DNA from: the human T2T-CHM13v2.0 reference genome, Homo sapiens
Reading direction: 5' to 3' (one strand)
DNA: 64,000 nucleotides
NCBI RefSeq assembly: GCF_009914755.1
Contig: NC_060938.1
Shown here piece after piece: positions 34,762 through 45,537 of this stretch (positions within the stretch are counted from its first letter, which is position 1; each line of letters opens with the position of its first letter). A model generated the notes under the pieces. That model was not told the DNA's origin and did not search any database. It saw only the letters and a program-made list of their open reading frames with translations. The translations under genes were made by a program, and so were the position numbers.

Positions 34762-35494
34762 TGGCATTTATTATTTATTAGCACTCAATGCCTCAGGAAT
34801 AAGATCTCTCACTGGGATCTCAGGATGAGGTGGTTGCAACACCTAGGGAGGTCCAGGCTTAAGCGAGGGCTTTATCTACCCACTGGCCCTGAACCACTTG
34901 TCCTGGAGCTGGGAGCCAAGGGGGCTGATGGGAGAGGGAGGCTGTGGATTCTTCTGAGCCCCTTCATCAGGGATATGACAGCAGCAGGAGGCCTCTGAGA
35001 TCCTCCACGCTGGGAAGGCTCCCTGGTTCTGAGGCCAACTCAGTAGCCTTTGCTGTCCTCAAAACCTCCTGTTCAGGCACAGACCTACTCCAGAATGTGT
35101 AGACACCTCCCTACTGCTTACATGTGGGACCAAGTGCTTTTTAACACGTGACTTCCAGCAGGAAAGCTGGGATATGGGTAAGGTCACCGCTACATGAGAG
35201 AAGAGGAACGGGTGTTTTTGAATGTCCTTCTGCGATGGGAGTGGGTCTCACATGCAGAAGCCCTCCCCTTGTTACTAGCAATTGAAGTAAGGCCATTTGT
35301 GAGAAACTGCCTTTGAGCTTGATGCAGGGAATGACCTAGATTTTCTTGTTTATTTTAAAGAGCTTGGGAGGAAAGGCTCACAGAGATGTGAGAGACAGGG
35401 GCATTGAATCAGGAGCCACCACTTCAGCAAAGAAAGGGATCTCTGAGATAATCAAGTCCAAATCTTCTGCACCATCACTCCCACCATTTTACTT

Positions 35495-35800
35495 TATTAT
35501 TATTATTATTATTATTATTATTTTGAGATAGAGTCTCATTCTGTCACCCAGGCTACAGTGAAGTGGTAAGATCAAGGCTCACTGCAGCCTCTACTTCTTG
35601 GGATTAATTGATCCTCCTCCTTAAGCCTCCTGAGTAGCTGGGGCTACAGGCATGTGCCATCATGCCTATTTTTTTCTATTTTTTGTAGAGATGGGAATCT
35701 CACTATATTGCCCAGGCTGGTCTTGAGCTCCTGAGCTCAATGGATCCTCTGCGTTGGCCTCCCAAAGTGCTGGAATTACAGGCATGAGTCACTGTGCCTA
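35495..35800 (-). mobile_element. AluJ with (TTA)n tail
   Basis: Read directly. Confidence 0.85.
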
Positions 35801-36238
35801 GTTACTGCCATAATTTTAGAAAGAGAAAATTGAGGCCAATATAGGTGAATTGGCCTGTCCATGTTCACCCAGTCAGTAAGAGGTAAAGCTAATATGATGT
35901 CTACAAAATGATGTAAAAATGTGGGAATGCACTACTTCATGGAGCAAGCTGGGTCTTAAAATCATAAAAATATTGTGAGCGACATGATGGAGGAGACATA
36001 TGACTTCACCTCCAGTTTCTCAAAGGTAAAAAATGTCTGACTATTGGAAATCTGATAAAGCTCCATGAATTTTTGAGAATTTTGAGAAACAAAGCCATGA
36101 TTCTAATTAATTATCTGAAAATTTCAAAAGTTTAAACAGCTAGAAAAAAAAGTAAGACGTTAAAACTATAACCCCTGGGAGGTGTTAGATAAGAGTCACC
36201 AAAATCAGTACCCAGGTTTCCTCCACAGAAGGTGGTAG

Positions 36239-36259
36239 TTCAGGACCACGGACAGCAGC
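36239..36259 (+). promoter_or_regulatory. Distal RE1/NRSE-like site ~8.9 kb upstream of CHGA
   Basis: TTCAGGACCACGGACAGCAGC; both half-sites present with canonical 2-bp spacing. Confidence 0.7.
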
Positions 36260-36613
36260 CTGCGAACCTTGAGCGCTGCATTCCGCCCACACTGGAGCAG
36301 ACCCACAGAGCATCGCTTGACCTACTCATCTTTACATGAAGAGCCAGTGTGAGTACTATTCACAGGGTGACACACAGGCAGGGGATCCAGAAAGGACCCC
36401 CCGTCATCCCCATCAAACACCTCCCAACCAGTCTCCTACCTTGTGAAAAATCCCATTGTCCTCATATTTGGGTTAAGCTATTTTTCACCTCCATGAAAAA
36501 AAAAAAAATAGGTCATATTCCCATAGATGTAGGGTCTGGGATAGTTTGAAGCAATGTCCTTCCCCTAAAAAGGCTTGAAATCTAGTTGGGCAGATAAAAG
36601 ATCTGCATAAGAA

Positions 36614-36927
<314 letters not shown>

Positions 36928-39900
36928 CTACACAAAGAGCAAAACAGTATTTGGCAGGAGCCAAGTAGTGGTGTTGAGGATGGTAAATGCTAAAAGATCT
37001 CAGCAGACAGTGATCTCCTGAGGTGGAAGGCATGGAGTGGAATTGAGCTGAGCCTTAATGTTTGGGGAAGATGAATAAGCAAGAGAAGAAGGCATTCCTG
37101 GCCAGGGCACATGTGGAAAGGGACGGAAGCAGAAACATGCATGGCACATGCATATGCCACAGGGGAGGTGGGACTCCCCTAGACTGGTGCAGCTGAAGCT
37201 GCATTGCTGATGAGGGGATAAGAGTGGGATAACAAGAGAGAAAGCCAAAGAAATATGACAGGATCATTCTGAGGGTATAAATTTCTAGTTTTTCTGGAAG
37301 ATAAAAGTGGTTTGGTGCCATTGCCCCACCTGCATGGATCCCCCCATACAGCAGAGAAAATGACCGAGAATGCTTGACATGTGGCATCTCCTGTTGGGAG
37401 TGAGTTGGGGTGGGGCTGCTGAGCTTTGACCACAGGGATGAAGTCCTCATCATGGAATTCAGACACAGAAGGAAGAGAAGTCTTCTTGGGCAGGTGGATG
37501 AAGATGAAGACACCAGGTCAGTGCCTGGATTGAACTGGGTCCAGGTAAGGAGAAAGGTCCATGATTAAGGCCCATTGGGTCCTGGCTTCTCTGCTGGCCC
37601 TTTGCAGGTTGGGGATGCATGAGGAGAAATGGGTAACCAGACTGCTCAGTCTCTAAGCTATGGGGATGAGGGGAGGGTGGAGGAACAGCCTGTCCTTTAG
37701 TGGGGAAGCAGCTCAGCTAACTGATTCTGAAACATCATTTGGCAGAAGACAAGGGGCCTCAGCTCTGCCTTGCAGGCCCCACCATTAGGGAGTGCACTGT
37801 GCATCCTCTCTCCAGGCCAGAGCTCCCCAAAGACCTTTCTGTCTGTGCCTCTGACCCTCAACTGGGCTGGCTCTGGAGAGGCAGGGTCTGAGGGCTGGGG
37901 TCATGAGCTCACCCTCTGCTCCTCAGTGGAGAGCAGGAGCAGCACCCCTCAGTTCACCAGGGACCCCCATCTCATTTCCTGCCTCTCCTTCAGGGGGCAC
38001 TAGACACAGCCATGTGTAGCTCAACCATCCTGAACATCAGAGATCCTCAGCCACCTGAAAAACCACATCCCAAAGCTACGAGAAGAACAGGCAGGCGCTG
38101 CCACTGAGTCCACACTCATCCAAGCCAAACTCTGTGTGACACACCTGATGCACATTAACTCCACGAGGCCTCACAAGAGCTCTAGGAGGTGGGTACTGAT
38201 ATCAACAGCCCTATCTTCCTGAAGAGAAAACAGAGGCTCTCTCAGAAGCTGAGCTGCCAAGTGCTGCTGATGCTGAGGCTTGCAGGGCATGGCTGACTTA
38301 GTCAGTCAGCTGCAAATGGAGCCAGGTGAACCCAGGGCTACAGCCGAGGACAGAGCCTGGGGGAGAGAGGGAAGGGAAGAGCTATGACATCCACCTGGGG
38401 ACAGTCACAGGTGCTGAGCACCCTCAAGGGCCAGGAACTGTGCTGGGACTTCCCCTCCCGTTGCCAACACCGCTGAGCCGGCCCCAACATAGTAGCCACT
38501 GATAAATGTTGGTGAGACTGAACCCTCCTAGTGAAATTCACAGAAATCACAGAAGGGATTATTTGGGTCATTTTGTAAAAGAGGAAGCAGAGGCTCAGAA
38601 AGTGACTTAATGTTTGCAAGGCCACACAATGGGTATAGGAAGAGCCAGGGTTTAACCCAGGTCTCTCTGGCTCCAAAGTACAGCTGTCCCCACCATTCTT
38701 AGATGCTTCTGCCACCCAGGAAAGACCTCTAGGGACATAAACCACCCTTAAGTCACTGGAAGTTTCCTCCCTAGGAGGCCCTATAGGTCAACCATTTTTG
38801 AACCCACGAAGTTGAGGGGTTGGAGCCTGGGCAGGGGGTCTTCTCTGTTCAGAGACTTCACTGCTGGGCCCATCTTAGAAACACCTCTGCTTTGACCTCC
38901 CTCTCCACCACAATGACTTATCGAAGCAGCCATGTCAGTGCCTCCCACTATCTTCCACCGTGGACCTAACCTGCAGCTTCCTATGTTCTGGTTTGCCGGG
39001 TGTGAGTTTGAAGTTTGCACGTCACTAAGCAATTGCCCCGTAGCGCCTTCTTTATGGAGCCTCTACAGTCCCATCTCTCAGGTGATCTCCCCTTGGAAGC
39101 AGAAGCTCTGACCTAGCGGTGTCACCCTAGAAGACATCATGTTCAAGAGGGATCAGCATGCCGCTGGACCCCGGGGAATATGGCCCTGGGAAGGAGAGGA
39201 GGTGGGGCACAGGGCAGATGTCTCTCACCTCTCGGTGTGGGCCAGGCCCACTCCTTCTTCCAGCCTGCTGTGCCTCGTGCCCCAGCCAGCCTCGGTGTCC
39301 AGGGCTTGGTGTGCCTGGCACCCTCCCCCTACCTTTCCCAACACCCTCCTTGGCGGAAGCCTACCGAAGCCCTCCTACACCCACTGAGGAGGCCTGCAAA
39401 CTGTTTTATTAGATTAAAGCAAACATCTGCTGAAGAAGGAAAGCAAAACCTTAATTGGAAGCCCCCGGGGATGTTTACAGAGACAGATGGGAGAGGATAT
39501 AATGAAATCACTTCGCTCTAGCCTCCATGCAGACCTGGCAGATAAGGCAACATTGCCAGGCAACAGGGCTTTTCCACCTGGAGGCCTGATAAGGGGCTTG
39601 GGGGAGCTGTGTGTTTGGAAAATATGATTTTGTAAGTGGGACGAGGGTGTATTGACTCTGCTGTTCCATGGCCTGGGCCCCAACATCAGATAAGCAGCTG
39701 CCGCTTTCCCTGGGGCACAGGCAGGACCCCTGGCAGGAACCACTCACATGGAGAAGTCCTGAGCCTCAGTCAGGGGAGCAGCCACTCACCCCCTGGGATC
39801 TGATGCTCACCAAAGGGGACACTTCTGGCTACCAGGGGCTGGTGGTGGCAATGGCTTTCTCTTTTCCTCTCCTGGACTCTGGTTCAGGCCTCCTGGGATG

Positions 39901-39989
39901 GAGTTGGGTGCTGGGGCTGCTGGGAGCTTGCTAGATTGGAGGGCCCATCCATAGGATGTATTGTAGACCCCAATGCCTCACACCCTCCC

Positions 39990-40562
39990 CACCCATCTCC
40001 TCCCAGTGACTCCTGCCCTTCTCAGAGTAAAAATCAAAGACCCTGCCAAAGCCCATGAAGCCCTGCGTGATGCGAGCCCACACCACGGCATCTCCTACCA
40101 CCCCGGCCTCACTCTCTCCCAGCCACCTCGGCCTTTTTGCTCCTTCCCAAGCCTGCCAGGCATGCCCCCGCCCCAGGGCCTTTGCACTGGCTGTTGCCCC
40201 CCACCCCAGGGCCTTTGCACTGGCTGTTCACTCTGCCTGGAAATTTCTTCCTCCATACACCTATGTGGTTTGCTCCCTGGACCGCTTCAAGTCCTCACTC
40301 AAGTTACTGTCTTAATGAGGCTTACCTTGGCCACTTATTTAGTGAGGCCCACGCCCTCCCACCCTGGTATTTTACAGCCATCACCACCTTCTACGCCACT
40401 CTAGACTGCACATATTTATTATGGTTTGCTGTTGATGTCTGTCTCAGCCTAGGACATAGGCTCCAACAAGGCAGGGGCCTTGCCTCTTCTCTTTAGCAGC
40501 ATATTTCAAGAATCCAGAACAGAGACAGGAACACAGCAGGTGCTCAAGACATGTTAGTTGAA
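39990..40562. mobile_element. L2 3' fragment
   Basis: CAGGGCCTTTGCACTGGCTGTT core and GGTGCTCAA...GTTGAATG end. Confidence 0.7.
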
Positions 40563-41634
40563 TGTCTCCCCTTCCCAGACCCCAAACAGCTTTGGTAGAA
40601 CTGGTGAAAAAGAGGATGGATCCAGAGAGGCCGGAGTGTGGCAGGGCCTGGACTGCTCATCTCCAAGGCAGCTGAGCAACCCTGGGCAATACCTGGGGGA
40701 AGCTCATTCCCCCATAGCACGATCACATGGGACATTCAGGGGAAAGCAACCTTTTCCAGGAAGGAAAACCCAATGCTGGGACCCAGGGGAGCTTAGCTCT
40801 CAACCCAGCCCTGCTATTGATTTGGATTTGCTGTGTGACTTGGGACAAGACACTATCTGTCTCTGAAACTCAATTCCCCTTTTGTCAGACAAAATTAGCA
40901 TCTACCTAAAAGCAATAAACTTCCACATTTATCTAAAACCAATAAACATCCACGTTACTGTGTTGGGGACCCACAGCCTGAGGTTAAATCCTTCCTCTGC
41001 TACTTGCTAGCTGTGTGCTATTAGGCAACTTAGGCAACCTCTCTGACCCTCTACCTCCTAATCTACAGGTGAGGATGATGATAGTGACTGCATCACAAGT
41101 ACGTGAGCCTTTCACCTGCATGGACTGCTTCACTCTTCACACACTTGTGAGCAATTCTATCATCCTCCTCCTCATGGGAAGTCATGGGAAAGTGGCTGGC
41201 ATGGGCCGCTCAGGGAGTTGATGGAAACCCCAGGGTAGGCTGTGTGTCAGGCTGACCCTAGAGCCCCGGGCTCTGCCCACCCCTTCATTCTGTCACTGCA
41301 CCTTGGCTCATGGAAGGCCCTGTTCAGTTTCCCAACCAAGTGCATTCTGGCCTCGGCCCACCCTCACCATTTGGACCACAACCTTGGTCGGAGGCATTGC
41401 AATGACCTGGAGCTGACAAGACACTTCCTAGGTAGGACAGGTGTTTAAAGAGCCACCCTCCACACTAACACCAACCAAACCCCGGAGCCAGGGACAGAGG
41501 AGAAACCTGCCAGGGCCCGAGAAGGGATGAGGCTTGAAGGGCACTGAGTTCCATGTGGCCACAGTACCAAGGACCATTGGAGGAACGGGAAAACAGACCA
41601 CCCACACCTCAGACACAGAGCCGGTGCTGGTCAG

Positions 41635-42560
41635 CGTCTTAGCTTGGGTTCCCTGAGACAAGGATTTGAGTGCACGTGGCTGACAAGGAATCCCTGGTAG
41701 AAGACCAGGAAGGGAAAACGGGGCGGGAGGGTGAATGGGTCCGGAAGGGAAAGGAAGCCAATGAAGTGTGCGCTATCAATAAAGTGTGCGCTGTCAATAA
41801 ACTTTGCGCTGTCAATAAAGTGTGCGCTATCAATAAAGTGTGAGCTATCAATAAACTTTGCGCTGTCAATAAAGTGTGAGCTATCAATAAAGTGTGCACT
41901 GTCAATAAAGTGTGCGCTATCAATAAATTGTGCGCTGTCAATAAAGTATGCGCTATTAATAAAGTGTGCGCTGTCAATAAAGTGTGCGCTATCAATAAAG
42001 TGTGCGCTGTAAATAAATTGTGCGCTATCCATAAAGTGTGCGCTGTCAATACAGTGTGCGCTATCAAGTGTGCACTGTCGATAAAGTGCGCACTGTCAAT
42101 AAAGTGTGTGCTGTCAATAAACTGCGAGCTGTCAATAAAGTGCGTGCTGTCAATAAAGTGTACGCTGTCAATAAAGTGCACACTGTCAATAAAGTGCACG
42201 CTGTCAATAAAGTGTGCTCTGTCAGTGAAGTGTGCGCTGTCAAAGTGTGTGCTGTCAAAGTGCGCGCTGTCGATAAAGTGTGCACTGTCAATAGTGTGTG
42301 CTGTCAATAAAGTGTGTGATGTCAATAGTGTGTGCTGTCATAAAGTGTGCGCTGTCAATAAAGTGTGCACTGTCAATAAAATGTGGGCTGTCTAAATGAA
42401 GTGTGCGCTGTCAATAAAGTGTGCACTATCAAGCCAGACATCACTGCTGGGAAATGGTACCAAAAAATCCTCCTTCGAATTATCCCACCCAGGGGTATTT
42501 ACAAGTAAAAGCCTGATATCACCGGCTGAGGGCTGCTCCTGGGGGTAACTCCCTGAACTT
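41635..42560 (-). mobile_element. Degenerate ERVL solo LTR (LTR16/LTR33-like) hosting the minisatellite
   Basis: Left flank GTCTTAGCTTGGGTTCCCTGAGACAAGGATTTGAGTGCA...GGAAGGGAAAGGAAGCCAAT and right flank ATCAAGCCAG...TTATCCCACCCAGGGGTATTTA resemble this family and the copy at 24.2 kb. Confidence 0.6.
41759..42429 (+). repeat. 18-bp minisatellite, consensus CAATAAAGTGTGCGCTRT, 38 units
   Basis: Units parsed by hand; 671 bp; explains the (KCALSI)n and (DSAHFI)n ORFs. Confidence 0.97.
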
Positions 42561-42589
42561 GCAGCTTTCTGCAGGCTTCTGGGTTTCTA

Positions 42590-42676
42590 GGTTGCAGTGA
42601 GCCGAGATCGTGCCACTGGAATCCAGCCTGGATGATAGAGCAAGACTCCGTCTCAAAAAAAAAAAAAAAAAAAAAA
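42590..42676 (+). mobile_element. Severely 5'-truncated Alu right-arm piece with a long polyA
   Basis: GGTTGCAGTGAGCCGAGATCGTGCCACTG...GACTCCGTCTC followed by polyA. Confidence 0.85.
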
Positions 42677-43139
42677 GAGCCTGTGGGCACAGAAGGGTAG
42701 ATCCCAGCGGTGGGAGGTTCGTCAGGGCCCTCAAAGCACCAAGAGACATGGGCAGGGCTCTGACTGCACTGTTGGAGTTAGATTCACGCCTGGCTTTTGG
42801 GGAGCAGCAAGAGGTCCTGGCCAGCTCTGAGCCTACATCTCCCCATGGGGGAGAGAGAGGGCTACTTTTGGGGCCTCTCTCGAAATCAGCATTCTGGAGA
42901 GGAGAACATCTGTGAGAATCCTCCCTGGATCCCAGTAGACCAAGCCCGGGCAGGGGCTCTGGTGCCCCTCCCCTTCTGTTCACTAGTTCCAGTGCCTGTG
43001 GTGCTCCCAGAGATGCTGGCTGGACAGCTTCTGTCCTCCAGGGAGGCCAGGACACCTGCTCTGCCCCCTGCTCTCTATCCTCCAGGCTAGAACCAGCCAC
43101 CTTCTTGCAGTCAACATCCCCACAAGATACTGAGAGTGA

Positions 43140-43682
43140 TTTTTTTTATTGTGATAAAATATCCCTAACATAACATTTACCATCTTAACCATTTTTAGGG
43201 GCACAATTCAGTGGCATTAAGTCCAATTATGTTGCTGTGCAGCCATCATCACTATCCATTTCCAGAACTTTTTCATCTGCCCAAACTCTGTACCCATGAA
43301 ACACTAACTCTCTGTTTCCTCCTCCCCCTCAGCCCCTGGAAACCAGCATCCTATTTCCCATTTCTGTTGTTGTTGTTGTTGTTTGTTTGTTTGTTTGAGA
43401 CAGAGTTTCACTCTTGTTGCCCAGGCTGGAGTGCAGTGGCATGATCTTGGCTCACTGCACTCTGCCTCCACCTCTTGGGTTCAAGCGATTCCCCTGCCTC
43501 AGCCTTCCAAGTAGCTGGGATTACAGGCATGCGCCACCATGCCCAGCTAATTTTGTATTTTTAGTAGAGATGGGGTTTCACCATGTTGGTCAGGCTGGTC
43601 TCGAACTCCTGACCTCAGGTGATCTGCCCGCCTCAGCCTCCCAAACTGCTGGGATTACAGGTGTAAACCACTGCGCCCAGCT
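43140..43682 (-). mobile_element. L1MB-type 3' end (43140-43360) followed by AluS (43362-43682)
   Basis: L1M 3' UTR motif AAATTC..GGCATTAAGT..CCATCACTAT..TTCCAGAAC; Alu dimer. Confidence 0.8.
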
Positions 43683-45055
43683 GACCCACCCTATTTAAGT
43701 ATAACCCCACCCTGTCTCAGCACAGCCGTCCCCTTCCGTGCTGACAAACTGTGGATGTTACTTCTTATTCATTGTCTGTCTTCACCATCTAGAATGTAGG
43801 GCTTCTGTCTGTTCTGTTTAATGCTGTACCCTCAACTGTGTACTGTTCTAGGATGTTCTAAGCACATAGTAGGTGCTTAGCAAAGCAAATATGTAAATTC
43901 ATGAATGTGGCCATTTCAGTCTCCTTTGAGCTCCCACCAGGTTCTCATTTAGGGACAGGCGTGAGCACAGGTGTGGGAAAGGAAGTATTAGTAGAAAACA
44001 GCAGCCGCAGATGGAGAGGGGTGGGCAGGAAGGAAGGGCTCTGGACGATGCCAGCCAATGACAAACCGTCACCCAGATCCCAGGTTCCCTGTGACAGTGG
44101 GGTCAGGTGGCAAAGAGCTTCCAACATGGCCCCCAGAGCTGGAGCCCAAAGATCTGGAGCATCAGGGGCCCCAGAAATAAGGGAAGCCAACCAGGAAACT
44201 GACCTTTTACACAAAATATCCAGGTTTTGAGAATGCTCAGGAAGAGGTGAGAGCTGTTCTCAAATTCAGATGGGCTGCCAGTGGCAAGAAGGTGATGCTA
44301 AGGGGTTGCACTAGGGCTAATGGGTAGGTGTTGCAAGGACTCCTATTTTGGCGGATGTAATAAGAACTGGCCCCCACTCCTCCCTCTACCTAACAAGAGG
44401 TGTCCAACAGTGGCTTAAGCTTCCTGGTGAAAGTGAGCCCCTGGTTCCCGTGTGTATGCAGAGCCCAGGATTCACTCACCCATGGCTTGAACCTTTAATG
44501 GATACATTCATCAGTTACCTGTCAAGTGCGTTTCCTCTGTGCCAGATTGTGTGGCGCTCAGCACTGTGAAAGTAATGATGACTAAACATTATTCAAATAA
44601 ATACACATTCAACAACAAAGTGTGAAGGCACAAAACTAGCTTGCCAGAGAGAGAGAAGCCTCACTCAGACAGGGGATCGAAGGCCCCTCTAGAGCCTCCT
44701 AGATATTGGAGAGAGCCATGAGTGATGGGCATGCCTCCAGCCTGTGAGACCGGGGGAGCATACCCCAGGCAGAGGGCACTTAGGAAAAATAGCACGGGGT
44801 GCTAGCGCTGCCAGGGACCTCAGTACACATGGAAGAAGGCAAGGTCCAGAGATCCGAGTGACTTGCCCAGGGACACAAGGCAAATCGGTGGAATCGTCGA
44901 GGGGTGGAGGATCAGCCACAGCCCCCCGCCTCCCACGCCACCTCTTGGAAACCAGATACCCGCCTCGCGGCCAAGACCCACCAGCTCCAAGCGGCGGAGG
45001 CCAGAGGTAGCGAGGGGTGAGGTTAGAGGTGGGGGCGAGCGGGGACTGGACCCCT

Positions 45056-45145
45056 GGGGAGTGGGGAAAGGGGAAGGGGGCGGCACCGCTGACGTCATTT
45101 CCGGGGTCGGGGTATATAAGCGGGGCGCGAGGGCGCTGCTGCTGC
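45056..45145 (+). promoter_or_regulatory. CHGA: CHGA proximal promoter: GC box 45076-45083, CRE TGACGTCA 45090-45097, TATATAA 45113-45119, TSS ~45141-45150
   Basis: Motifs read directly. The CRE+TATA arrangement is the established granin promoter architecture. Confidence 0.95.
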
Positions 45146-45353
45146 CACCGCTCCTGCCACTGCAGTGCTCGAGCCCCGTGCAGGGGAGCTTGCGGGAGGA
45201 TCGACCGACAGACGGACGCACGCCGAGGCACTGCGCCCCCAGCCCCGCGCCGGTGCCACCGCAGCCCGACCCCGGCCGCCAGTCCAGCCGCCCCTCGCCC
45301 GGTGCCTAGGTGCCCGGCCCCACACCGCCAGCTGCTCGGCGCCCGGGTCCGCC

Positions 45354-45399
45354 ATGCGCTCCGCCGCTGTCCTGGCTCTTCTGCTCTGCGCCGGGCAAG
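45354..45399 (+). CDS. CHGA: Chromogranin A exon 1 coding part (signal peptide MRSAAVLALLLCAGQ)
   Basis: GCCATG Kozak context. Translation matches the chromogranin A N-terminus. GT donor at 45400 (G|GTGAG). The eight coding segments sum to 1374 nt = 457 aa + stop. Confidence 0.99.
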
Positions 45400-45516
45400 G
45401 TGAGCGAGCGCGGGGAGCTCGCGGGAGAGGGTTCCGGGCGCCCCTGCCCACCTTGAGGTCCGGGCACCGCGCGGCGCCCCGCACCCCTCCACACTTCCCT
45501 TCGGGCGCGGCGAGTT

Positions 45517-45537
45517 TTCAGCACCGCGGACAGCGCC
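45517..45537 (+). promoter_or_regulatory. RE1/NRSE (REST binding site) in CHGA intron 1
   Basis: TTCAGCACCGCGGACAGCGCC, 20/21 match to consensus TTCAGCACCACGGACAGCGCC; CHGA is an established REST target. Confidence 0.92.

Noticed and set aside
32493-34784. Many overlapping ORFs up to 215 aa, including poly-LP and poly-GE
   Set aside because: All derive from the GC-rich SVA VNTR, SINE-R and hexamer; SVA is non-coding.
41631-42395. ORFs of 90-228 aa with (KCALSI)n, (DSAHFI)n and (TAHTLL)n repeats
   Set aside because: They are by-products of an 18-bp unit lacking stops in several frames; frames shift at indel units; no promoter or splice context.
41759-42429. CRISPR-like array
   Set aside because: Units are directly adjacent with no unique spacers, there are no cas genes, and the DNA is human.
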